Shown piece by piece: positions 1 through 11,596 of a DNA stretch of 55,960 nucleotides (positions are counted from its first letter, which is position 1; every line of letters begins with the position of its first letter). The notes under the pieces are model-generated. The model ran no database searches. It worked only from the letters and a program-made list of their open reading frames with translations, and had not been told where the DNA came from. This stretch comes from Ionaspis alba (lineage: Eukaryota): the NCBI GenBank assembly GCA_964255285.1, contig CAXUUL010000030.1:1-55960 (forward strand), given 5' to 3'. Both the position numbers and the translations under genes were made by a program.

Positions 1-939
1 CTCAACAATACTATCTGCCTTATTCGAACCGATATCACTACTCTCGGTGTCTCCGCGATCGTGAACGCAGCCAACAACTCTCTTCTCGGAGGCGGCGGCG
101 TAGATGGCGCTATTCATGCTCGCGCCGGCCACCGCCTACTCGAGGAATGCAGAACACTCAATGGCTGCGAGACTGGCTCTGCGAAAATAACGTCCGCATA
201 TAACCTACCTTGTGAGAGAGTCATTCATGCCGTCGGACCAGTGTACTGGCGGGCAAAGCGGGAACGGCCTGGGTTGGAGAAGGAATTACTTCGTGGCTGT
301 TACCGGAAGAGCTTGGATCTGGCGAGCGAGAACGGATGCAAGAGCATTGCTTTCAGTGCTCTGAGTACCGGAATTTATGGATATCCAAGTAAGGAGGCTG
401 CGGAGGTCGCGATTGGCCAGGTGAAGAGCTGGTTGGATGAGAAGGGTGAGGGAATGGGGGGCTTGGAGCAGGTGGTGTTTTGCAATTTTGAGGCAAAGGA
501 TGAGAAAGCTTACACCGAACTTTTGCCGTACGTAAACTTTCGATGGCTCGTAGGAGAGGTAACTGACAATTCGAAAAGCACATTCTTTCCGCCAACCGAC
601 AGAAATGAGTCGCCGAAAGCGCAAGGGAAGCAACAACATGAGGAGGGTTTAGTGAATGCAATGCCGGACCCTCCTACCTCGGAGCCGCTAGAAGAGGGAC
701 AACCTGGAGCTAAAAAGGTCAAAGTGGATTCCGAGAATGGAGAGGAAGAGTGGGAGACTCTTGAGAAGCCCCAAGGATCAGCACCCAATGGTCAGGAGTC
801 TGATAGCGAGTATGATGCAGTGAATGTCACGAAAGAAGAGACATATATGACGGAATCGGCAGAGGATCAGGGCAAGGTCTTACACACAGCTGAGGCTGGT
901 GGCGGTCTTCCTCCGAACGCTCTCTCGAAGGATTGGTAG
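1..939 (+). CDS. Macrodomain protein (MacroD-type ADP-ribose glycohydrolase), 5'-truncated by window edge
   Basis: Frame is open from base 1 ([39 protein letters not shown]). Macro motifs [20 protein letters not shown] and [10 protein letters not shown] are present. Likely 51-nt intron 528-578 (GTACGT..CTGAC..AAG). Acidic low-complexity C-tail. Confidence 0.9.
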   Translation, partial: LNNTICLIRTDITTLGVSAIVNAANNSLLGGGGVDGAIHARAGHRLLEECRTLNGCETGSAKITSAYNLPCERVIHAVGPVYWRAKRERPGLEKELLRGCYRKSLDLASENGCKSIAFSALSTGIYGYPSKEAAEVAIGQVKSWLDEKGEGMGGLEQVVFCNFEAKDEKAYTELLPYVNFRWLVGEVTDNSKSTFFPPTDRNESPKAQGKQQHEEGLVNAMPDPPTSEPLEEGQPGAKKVKVDSENGEEEWETLEKPQGSAPNGQESDSEYDAVNVTKEETYMTESAEDQGKVLHTAEAGGGLPPNALSKDW

Positions 940-1148
940 TGGCTGCGGAGACAGCATCAGAATTTCTTAAAAGATACCCCCTGGTTGGTGTAGCATCATG
1001 ATCGAGGCGATTCTCTAGGTAGCCTGAATTCGGATTCGTGCATGTTACATACGTTGGTCTTGAACGATAAGGTAAGTGTACCAGAATGACTGAAATCCAA
1101 TCTTACACAGCCATATCACATACGTTGAGCACAGTCTTAATTCAAAAC

Positions 1149-2502
1149 TCATACTCCATTTCCCACTTTCTTCCCCAAAACCCTCTCGATCTCCTCACAA
1201 ACTTCCTCACTGACCTCCCTTGTCCCCGCGGTACCACCCAAATCCCGCGTCCTAATTCCACTCTCGCAAACATTCTCAATACACTCCAACAGCCCATCCG
1301 CCTCCTCCTCATGTCCTAGCCACCTCATCATCTCAACCGCACTCCAAAAAGTCCCCACTGGATTTGCCGTCCCTTTACCCACAAGATCGAACGCACTCCC
1401 ATGAATTGGCTCAAACATACTCGGACACTTCCTCGTGGGATCCAGATTACTCGTTGGCGCAATCCCAATACTCCCGGCCAGCGCTGCAGCCAAATCGCTT
1501 AAAATATCAGCATGCAGATTCGTCGCCACAATTGTATCCAGCGTCTCCGGTTCCAGCACCATCCGTGTCGTCATAGCGTCAACTAGCATCCTATCGACCT
1601 GCACATCTGGAAATTCCTTCGCAATTTCTTGAGCGACTTCATCCCACAGCACCAGTCCGTTCCGCTGTGCATTACTCTTTGTCACAACAGTAAGTTTCCT
1701 CCGTGGCCGCTTCTGCGCTGTTTCGAAAGCAAAGCGCATCAACCTCTCGATCCCGTGACGGCTGAAGATGGCGACTTCGGTGGCGACTTCCCAGGGTTGA
1801 CCGACGTGTGAGCGACCGCCTTGGCCGGCGTATTCGCCTTCGGTGTTTTCACGGATGATCACCCAGTCCAGGGCATTTGGAGCGAGGTTAGCAAGAGGAG
1901 ATGTGGTGCCACGTAGGACGCGGGTTGGCCGGACGTTGGCGTACTGTTGGAGGGACTGGCAGATGGCGAGGCGGAGACCCCAAAGGGAGATGTGATCGGG
2001 GACGTCTAGGTCAGGAGTTTTAGAATCTGTAGGGTAGGTCCATGAAGATACGATGAAAGTGTAGAAAAATTGTCTCAAAGGATTGCAAGTATATTATGAA
2101 CATGATGGCCAACATCAAAAAGCATACCTAAATTCGAGATTCATATGACAAAGAAGAAGGGGCACCCCAAGAGAAGCCGTAAGTCCTTCCAGCTTCTATC
2201 TTTGTGACCTTCTCGTACAGTTATAGAGTCCACGTACCTGGCGCACCCACAGATCCAAAAAAGATAGCATCATATTTCTTTAGGGACTCCACTCCTCCAT
2301 CGGGAATATACTTTCCATTCTTCTTATAGTAATCACTTCCCCAATCAAAATGATCGAAGTGAAGCTCAAATGTTCTCGAAACCACTGACAGCTTTTGGAG
2401 AACTTGAATACCGGCGCCGATGACTTCGGGCCCGATGCCATCACCTGGTATAGACGCGATATTGTAAATTTTCCTTTCCTCATGAAGAGCGCTTGGGGAC
2501 AT
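1149..2502 (-). CDS. Tartrate dehydrogenase/decarboxylase (isocitrate/isopropylmalate dehydrogenase family)
   Basis: Exon 1 2502-2238 (IASIPGDGIGPEV..YDAIFFGSVGAP), intron 2237-2006, exon 2 2005-1149 (DVPDHISLWGLRLAICQ, RENTEGEY, TKSNAQ, NLHADILSDLAA, FEPIHGSA). Confidence 0.88.
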
Positions 2503-3040
2503 GATGAGTTTTTGAGATGCGTACTGACGACTGTGAAATTCTAAGAAAATTCCCTGAATAGTCAATCATCAAATGAAGAAAACCGGATGGATATTTATTG
2601 TTAGGGTTAACCAACACTTCGTCATAGCTCGGGCTTGATTTGCCGATTCTCCGACCACCCTGATCTCCCCATCGTTCCCTAGTGCCTGCTAACGACCGGC
2701 TGGTTTAAACGAGAATTAGTGAGCAAAGTTGGCTGAGCTAGCCGCTAATTTGAAGTTCAGATTAGGGTCACTGCCGGTAGAAATTAGGGGCTGCGAATCG
2801 GAGGATCAGGGCGATTCGTGGGCTCGTGAAAACGAGTATCGATAAGCTTCGCGTGTTTACAATTGACTTTCCAGCAGCCAAGAGATGCTAGCAACCGTTC
2901 ACTTCCCGGTTTTATAGACGCGGGGAGGGTTCTTGCCGTGTACGACAATGCCAATTTTGATCAATTTCTTTCCTGCAGAGGAGAGACCTTTTGCGGAAGA
3001 GATCTGAGAGTACAGCCAGAGCCTTTCCCTAAACGCGACA

Positions 3041-5404
3041 ATGGTGTAAGTAATACAGAAGCTCCGGTGAAGGGGGTCTCGTGGACTGACAATCAATGTA
3101 GGCAATGGAAAAGACTCCTCGGCCTTGATGGAGATCGAGACAGCCACCATTTTCGCGAGCAGATGCGCCGCCGTAAGAGCCTTCGGGTGCATTTACAAAA
3201 GCCACAGCTAAGCTCGTCGTCCTGCAGTCTTGCCCACGTCCAATGGCGATAACATCGAGTCACCCTATCCTGCCGCCGAAGTGACCAAAGTGGCTCTCCG
3301 CCTCAAATACCAGATCGAGCAAGTGGTCCCTTGTGAGATGGAAGAGTTCAAGATCACGAAAGCCAATTCTCCTGTCATCACCCGCAAAGTGATACGGACA
3401 GCGCAAGAAGCTGGAGGGGAAGCATACAAGTCGTGCGTGGTCTACTGCTTGCTAGTCTGTAAGAGATGGTTCAAGCGGCAGGCGTCGTTGGAGTTGTGGG
3501 ATGCGGATCTGCATAACGTGCGGGCTGTAGCTTGCGAGGTTATGGCTAAGAGACTGTAAGGGCCTTCCAAGAACAGTTGAACGGTGCTTGATTAAGTGGT
3601 GATGTAGGATCGAGAATGAGGAGAGAGAGGACTATCTCATGCAGGAGACGCTGTTGAGACGGTACTCGATTATGATCAATGGGGAGGAGACAGAACCGGC
3701 GAACGTGATCGAGCGTATGTTGTACCCCTCAGATGATCCCCTGAGCGTTCGATTGACCAATCCCGATCTGTTCAGGCTCCGTTGATCTCCACGCCCTCCT
3801 CGTCATCGGTTCATCTGGCTATCAGAAGTGCATATCCTACCTCTGGCGCGGCTGGCTAGTCCAGGATGACATGGATCCCTCCAGCTTCATCGAGTTTAAG
3901 AAGAAAGCCAATGAAGAGTACTGGTCCCACTTCGATCCAGACCGCATGAGAGCGCCGATGTACCAGAATACGGTACAGATTTTCTTCAGCCTGCTGTATC
4001 TCGTTTTGTACACGGTTGCCATCAATACGATCAATTCTACTGGAGATCTGGACATCGTTGAGGGCATTTTGTACATTATGACCGCTGGGTTTATCTTCGA
4101 TGAGGTGGCGAAGTTCTGGAAAGGTATGTGTGTGATGCATTGGCATAATCTGAAGTCAAACTGATGCCTTTTTAGTTGGACGATATTATATTGGGTTCTG
4201 GAACGTATTCAATTGTAAGCTTTGAGCTCAAATTCTCGAGAGGTCGCAGCACTGACCGGTGGAAGCAACTCTCTACGCACTACTTACCGTCAGCTTCGTC
4301 ACTCGATTTATTGCTCTCAGTCACCCTACCGGCGACGAACAGCGACGCAAGTTCAATGAGTTTAGCTACAATTTCCTTGCTTTTAGCGCTCCGATGTTCT
4401 GGGCCCGTCTCCTTCTCTACCTCGACACCTTCCGCTTCTTCGGTGCTATGCTGGTGGTACTCAAGGTCATGATGAAAGAGTCTTTGATCTTCTTCGCGCT
4501 GCTGGTCGTGGTCTGTGTTGGTTTTCTCCAGGCGTTTATTGGGATGGACTCCGTGGACGACAACAATCCCGTCACACCGTTCATAATCCAGGCGATGGCA
4601 AATGCGGTTATGCAATCTCCAGATTTTGAGGGCTTCGATCAATTTGCTCCGCCTTTTGGCATTATCCTGTACTACATTTTTACCTTTGTGGTGATGGTCG
4701 GTATGTTGATCCTACATCCATGTCAAGCAGGCAACAGTCCTGAGACTTCTAGTGCTTTTGAATATACTTATTGCTCTGTTCAACTCTGCCTACGAGGACG
4801 TCACGTCAGCCTCGATTGATGAAGTAAGTAGCACAGCTTGAGAATTGATTGTGAGCTACCACTTTGCTGACAGTCCTACCAGTACATGGCCTTGTTCGCG
4901 ACCAAAACAATGCAATTTGTGCGAGCTCCAGATGAGAACGTTTTCATAGCACGTGAGCTACATACCATTTCCAAATTCGAATCCACAAGCTAAACAAGAC
5001 CAGCCTTCAACCTGATCGAGATCTTCTGCCTCATTCTTCCCTTTGAATGGTGGATGGAAAAGAAACGATACGAACGTATCAACAATTATGTCATGGGTAT
5101 CATCTATGCGCCGCTCCTCCTCATAACGGCATACATGGAAACCAGACAAGCGCACCTCATCGTCGAGAACAGGCGACGAGGTCAGAGTGACGATGACACT
5201 CTCGAAGAGTGGGAGCACACGTGGCCTCGTGGGCAGTCACTGGATTTCGAGGCAGATGGATGGACGAAGCGGGTGGAGAGCACAAAACCGAATGTTGAGA
5301 CTGATGCTGCTGTGCTGGAGATTAGAGAGCTGAAAGGGAAGATATCCGAGCTTGCGAAGTTGGTTCAAGCATTATCAGAGAGGTCGGTTGGGGAATCCAA
5401 ATAG
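3041..5404 (+). CDS. YVC1: Vacuolar TRP-family cation channel Yvc1/TRPY1, multi-exon
   Basis: Spliced frame MV|QWKRLLG.. uses introns 3046-3101, 3173-3227, 3556-3607 and further ones. It contains VALRLKYQIEQVVPC, SSGYQKCISYLWRGW, RMRAPMYQN, FFGAMLVVLKVMMKESLIFFALL, LLNILIALFNSAY and VRAPDENVFIAPFNLIE. Confidence 0.9.
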
Positions 5405-6342
5405 TTTGCATCATACCATTCTTGGAACTTCTCCTTCCTCATCATAGAACGCCGGAGCGAAATCTCTAGATTCTTCACCATTTCGTCGAAGCTGTTCTGA
5501 AAAGGCACAGAGTACTTCTCAATGCTCAACTGCCTGATGTACAAAACCAACTCATCCAGTCCCCTGATTTTTGCGAGAGCATCAACCCATACTCTTGTGT
5601 TAGCGTCCAGGTGGTACTCATTCTTGAGCATCGCCAAATGGTACGAAACCCGCGAGTCTAGCATGATCATGATACCCATGCTCTTCAAACGCAAGTGCTG
5701 TGCTATCGCTTCGATTGAGCTACCCAAATCAGGAATATGTAACTCATCAGCGGTCGAGTACAATTCCACGGTTAACCATACGTTGCAAATGCTAGCGATA
5801 GCCAGTGGTGTCCTGTCAGTCAGGAAGGGGATGACTGTTTCATGATTCGAGATATCGAAATTATTCTCGCCGTAGAATATTGGGACTGCTTCGGCTCGAA
5901 TCTGGTGGTTCACCAGAAGTATGTTAGGCGAAAAGTAATGATTTGGACGTAGGCTGCATAGTGAGAATCGCCTCATTTGATAGGTCGTCACCTCCCTCGT
6001 ACGGCGTGGTAGTAGCGGAAATATAGGAGGTCTGGTAAGATCGTACGTGCTTCGTCGGAGGGGTCGGGACTTCAATTGACTCCGCGCAACGAATTTATGA
6101 TGGGGCATGTTATCAATGCCAATATAAGTATCACGGCCTGCCAACAGAGCCAAGCGATAGATCATAATTCTGATCTCCACAGGCAGACTCATGAAAAGGA
6201 AGTGCGGTCTAGTCCTATTTGAGTCAATCAATAGTCACCCTGTAAGAAGTTGAATGATTTACTTGAAGAGGTTTCGGCGGGAGAGCTGGCGGCCACTTCG
6301 GGTCATCAGACAGTCGTCCGGTGCCTGTACGATATCGGACAT
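5365..6342 (-). CDS. Hypothetical protein with N-terminal F-box-like motif (2EXR/DUF7730-like)
   Basis: ATG 6342. A 48-nt intron 6262-6215 joins ..RRNLFK to TRPHFLFMSLPVEIRIMIYRLAL. Second typical motif: ILLVNHQIRAEAVPIFYGENNF. Confidence 0.7.
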
Positions 6343-7030
6343 GATGTGGATTACGTAGATGATACGACAGAAAACCGTTGATGCAGGTTGGTGAGTATGT
6401 GGTTCGTGTATTGAAATTCGACGGCTGAAGTGATCGCTAATATGTTTGTCGGAAGCCAAACTGATAGCCTGTACCAACGAGGCCGCTGGGAAGGCTCTGC
6501 CTGGTGATTTAGACTTTTCTCGCCGTCGACAGTGGTGAGAGAAAGTAGTGGAGGTTGAGGAAGTAAGTCAGGTCTCGGTATACCAAAAAAACCGTATCAC
6601 CAAGGGTTTTAAGTGACATAGCTGTCAGTACCAGTGAACGTATTGACAGGCTGTTTGCTCATCCTAGAAAGGGCGACTAATGAAAAATGGATCGGACTGA
6701 CACGGTAGCGAGAGTTTCTATGGATCAGTGTTTGATTGTCCTTCCCTTCACTGGAAGATTGATAGCTTTCTTCGCGGATGAGAATGTGTGTCTAACGACG
6801 AAGGAGGTAACCACGTCGCATACGCAAGAACGCGCTCATAAGTTCTCCTTGCCATACGGTCGCCGAAGAATGGACCTGAGCAGCAGGAATTCAGCATGCA
6901 GATCAAGCACACCTCCTGAACAGTCCCAAAATAAGGAGATTAAATATGGAAGGTCTTTTTCTATGTATTATCATGCATCAGGCAGCCGTTCGGAAACTCT
7001 ATATTACACGAATAGAAAATCATACAAACT

Positions 7031-10000
7031 CTATACCACAGGCGCCGATTCCAACTGCTTGATCTCAGCGGCCCTCCTTTCCTCCTCGGCTTTCAGCTGA
7101 TCCGGTCTTCGAATAGCAATATCCTTTGGTCTATAATCGCTGAAAGCCCACTTAAGCACCACCTCTATAACGTAGCATCCCACAAAATCCAAGACCATGA
7201 CGGCCGTCATGATGAACTTAAAGTCATCGGAGAACTTGACGAGTCGCAATTTTTCGTTGAGCTCTGGAATGAACTCTGTGGACGAGGAGAAGGCTACTCC
7301 GGAGACAAGAACTAGACCCCAGAACATGCCCTTGTTTTCACGGATGCCTTCGCGGAATGGCCGACCCTGGTAGTTGATCGCGAAAGTTGAAATTTGCTGA
7401 ATGAGCTGAAGGAGATAGATGGCACTATTGAGGAGTGAAGGCTCAAACTCGCCTTCAAGGTCGACGTCTTCTTTACGAGGTTCTGTCCTTTGAACATATC
7501 TGGAGATATAGATGAGGGTGGCGATGTGGATGGCGAATTGTCCAAGGATAGAACCGATAATGTAGAGGTTGAAAATCTTCGGTTGTGGACGCTCTTTTGA
7601 TAATCCCTCCACAGACTGCGAAAGACGTAAGTACGATTGCAGTTTGTGAGGAGGGGAAAGGGATGCTTTACCTTTGCTCTAGATATCGACAAAAAACAGA
7701 CACTCATGAGCATACCACTGATCGTCACTTGGCCGTCTCCAAATTTGATACCCTCGAGGTATAGCACACTAAGACTGTATGCGCTGATCAGACAATTCAA
7801 GGCCAAAATCTTGTACATTTGCACAGTAGCGACAAGTGTGCATCGTCCTTGACGGATGATATTCGGAATAGCAATGACGTTGGCCAGCTTGCTCGTAAAA
7901 GGAGCTGCCACGGAAGCATCTCCAAGTTTAATGGTAGGAGGCTCATTCTCATCCAATTCCTGTTCCATCATCGTGGATGTGAGCTTGTCGGCCAACCCAG
8001 CGGCAGCTTTCTGGGCATTTGCCTGCTTTTGTTGTGCTGGTGTAAGGTTGTTGTTTGCGTCTTGAAGTGCTTTAGCTCCTGGGGACGTGATCGTTGGGAT
8101 TCCATTACTCTTATCGACGGCGGCGGAGTTTGCAGCGACAGATCCGGCAGCACCCTTCTTCTCTGCTTCACGGATCATAGCCTTCTCGTAGTGCGGGTTG
8201 CTAATTCCGGGGGGGTAGAGATGAGCAATTTGGACTGGTACAGGCGGTGCAGGCTGGTTGAATCGTTTCATCAAAGATACCTGCTTCTCGTATATCTCTT
8301 TCATCTTCGTCGTCCTGAAGTGCTCTGCAATCTTGTTTAGATCATCTTGTGAGCCATTTAGTAGTGCCACTCCGATATGTGCCTGTTTTAAGGCTCCAAC
8401 ATCGTTCGTTCCGTCGCCGCACATCAGAGTAGTGTATCCGGCGTCTTTCAGGCCGAGAAGAATTTCTTCCTTCTGCTTCGGCGAGACCCGAGCATACACC
8501 CAGGTATACCGCAAGAGCTGCTTGAGGGCTTTCTCATGCTTGTACTTACCAAGTGCATATCCGGTAACACAGAGATCTTTGGTTTGAAGAATCTTGTCGT
8601 CGAGCGGTTCACTTGGTTTGACGGGAATGTTGATCTTGTCATCAATACTGCGCCAGACAAGCTTCTCACCGCTGTCGTCATGCTCAGGAGCATCAAGAAT
8701 CAAGACGTCACGGTCAACGATCTCGACTTGGCGGGCGACATGGACTGCCGTAAGAGGATTGTCTCCCGTAATCATGACGACACGGTGACTGCTCTCGTTG
8801 AGCATGCGTACGGCTTGTTTCGCGTCAGGCTTCAATGGGCATTGCAGGACGAGGAATCCGGCGAAAGTCAAGTGGGCTTCAACATCCTCCCTTTTGAGAT
8901 TGTTGATTCGGGTTTGGCCAAGCTCCGCGTCCGTGGAAAGATATCTATAGGCAAGAGCTAGCACTCGCCCTCCGTTCCGGGTGAAGTACTTGAATGTCTC
9001 TTCGTAATTGGGTGGGATTGTTGTCAACATATTCCGGATTGTCTCTGGAGCACCCTTGACCCCAATGAATGTACCTTTCGACTTTCGTGATGTCTGTCGA
9101 TCGGTAGTCACCACGGTCGCGACTGATGATTGTCGCTTGAGAGAAGACGAAAATTGGAACCGTCGTTTGATTTGCACCATGTCCCCAGCAGTCGAGCCGC
9201 CTTTGAGATTTGAGGTCACTTTGTTCGTGAGAATGTCGTTCCGACCAAGTGTCCATCCTAGAGAGGTCAGTGTAGCCTTCTCCATCGGATCACCGACGAT
9301 CTCTCCTTCATCCAATTTGACCAGAGCATGAGCAGTAGCGAGTACTAGAGTTGTCTGAAGACCGACATCAAGAACAGGGGTTAAACGGCTCTGTGCACCG
9401 TCTTTTTCGGTGACTTGGTGTGGATGTCCAAGAGATAACCCGGCAATACCGTCGACTACCAGATCTTCTCCTGTCAGAGTACCTGTCTTGTCAAAGCATG
9501 CGATGTCTACCCTACCAGCAAATGGTATCCGAAACGGCTCAGTGCAAAAGATGGCGTACCGGCTCAAAGCTGCGAGGCTAGTGTTTACGGCAAGACTGAG
9601 CTCCATTGGCAGTTCAGGAGGGACAACACTTGTAATGATGAGGATGCAATCCAGGAGAAGTTTTGATCTCTTACGATCCTTGCTGACACCCTCTTGCCAG
9701 ACATACCATGAGGCAGCAATCGCAAATATAAGAAGGAACAGGATGAAGAGCAGAGCCTCAGCATTGTTAGCGGACACCCTTTCTGTCGAATAGATCATGG
9801 TCCGGACAAGACTTCCTTGGCTTGTCTCGAAACCGGTCTTGATCACAATCGCCATCGCACCTTTATCGGGAGGCTGCTCAATACCCGAAGTGACAGCCGA
9901 TACAGTTTCGTAGCCATCCTCGTTCGCACTTCCATGAGTGATCTGTAGTACCTTGGTTCCGCCATATAAAAAGGCGTTCTTGTCCAGGCTTTCTGGCTCA

Positions 10001-11057
10001 ATACGATCATCCCCGGGACGAAGTTGAATGGAGTCTTTGAGAAGAGGAGTGCTTTCGCCAGACAACATTGCCTCATTCACAATTGCTGATCCTTCGACGA
10101 GTAGCATATCGCAAGCTACCCCGCTGTCCTCCTTTGTTCGGCCCACCGAGACTAGGTCTCCGGGTAAGAGCTTATCGCTGGTAATCTGTTCCCAACTTTG
10201 CTCTCGGTATACCCAAATCTCGTATGGTTTGATGCTCATGCCCCGGAACTCGTTGAGTGTCCTCTGTCTTTGCCAGACTACCGTACTCTCGAAAGCGACC
10301 AGCATGAAGAGGGTGAAAAGCGAGTAGTACCAGTACTCGTCCAAGAGCCAAAGGCCAACACAGAAGATTTGAAAAACGAAGAAGGGTGCCACTGCGTGCT
10401 CTTTGAAGAGTTCCGTAAAGGTGGGAACTGGTATATCGAAAGTATTGTCGCCATAGTGTTGCTGTAGCTTCTCTATTTCCGCTTTAGAAGTCAAACCATG
10501 TGATTGCTGGAATGTTCGAATGAGAGGCTTAGGTTCTGCGTCCAAAGAATATAGGAGGGGCGCAAAGCTGTTCTTCTCATAATCGTAAAGAAAGCGTCTC
10601 TTTTGGAAGAGGAACGAGATGTTGTTTTTCCTACCGTTCTGCGTCATATATCAGTTCCGTTCAGCCTCAGTACTGGCAGTTCTTAACGTACATTATCTCT
10701 TTCCAGCTTACAGATTTCGGCAGAACCAGCGTTCGTCACCGGTAAGACTTTGATGAGACTAGCGGTACGAACATCCCTAGCTTTACTGGTCGTAAAAACT
10801 GCATCGATGTTGACATTCCACTTCGTTGAAAGCCATGCCAGAGATTGGAGAGTGATTATCGAGCCCGCCCATACAAAGGTCCATTCTTGTCCTGCAATAT
10901 ATGTATTATATCGTTCCTCCGAGAGATAAAAGGCAAAGAAGACGGGCCATATGAACAAGAAGGGCCATGCATATGCGTGTGCGTAGAGCGGAAGAGGATT
11001 ATGTAGTGTTGCTGCTTGTATCTGAGAATTATCAACGAGAGGTGGCCTGTTGGACAT
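7031..11057 (-). CDS. SPF1: P5A-type ATPase Spf1/ATP13A1 (ER transmembrane helix translocase)
   Basis: Three exons (introns 10691-10639 and 7671-7616). Motifs SGES, PPELP (P5A), DKTGTLT, MITGDN, CGDGTNDVGALK and SVEGLSKERPQ. Confidence 0.96.
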
Positions 11058-11416
11058 GCAAGTCAGCTAAGAACTCAACCAGGAAGAGATCACATACATG
11101 ATTGCGGCACCAACGACACAGAATCTTCCCCAGTAGTAACAAGGAAATCTATGGGAAGCAAAGCCGTGGTGCACTCATATCTGCGTGTCGAGCAATCCGC
11201 ATGAATTATATTGTCTTGTCGACAAGAGATGATGAACGGAGACGCCTTGGCCCGCTGTCGCCGGAGCTGAGTGCCGAAGACAGCGCTTCTGCGCCACGAC
11301 TAAGTAGCGCCTAGCCGAATAAATGATCGTGTTCTCTCCAAGAATGTCCTTGGTGACTGTGAGAGTATAAGATCTGCTCGACGTAGTCTGTCTCCTCCTT
11401 CACTGTAAATTAACAC

Positions 11417-11548
11417 GACTCAGTCATGTGGCTTGACAAAACTTAGGGCTCGAGATTGCCAAGGCGCTACGGAGCTCTGCTTGACTCAACAACGCACCGA
11501 CGTATATCCGGTCTGTGACTGTTGACGGCGTCAAGTTATAGCGAGTCA
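11417..11548. promoter_or_regulatory. Cluster of Gcn4/CpcA (cross-pathway control) elements upstream of GLN4
   Basis: Perfect TGACTCA at 11482-11488, GAGTCA at 11543-11548 and GACTCA at 11417-11422, all within 180 bp of the ATG of an aminoacyl-tRNA synthetase. Confidence 0.5.
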
Positions 11549-11596
11549 ATTTGTATGACTTCTGCCGCAAACCTTGTATAAGTCGAGAAGGGAAAG

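Noticed and set aside
6687..7100. 137-aa plus-strand ORF overlapping the SPF1 3' end
   Set aside because: No recognisable motif; it lies antisense to the SPF1 3' UTR and is probably spurious.
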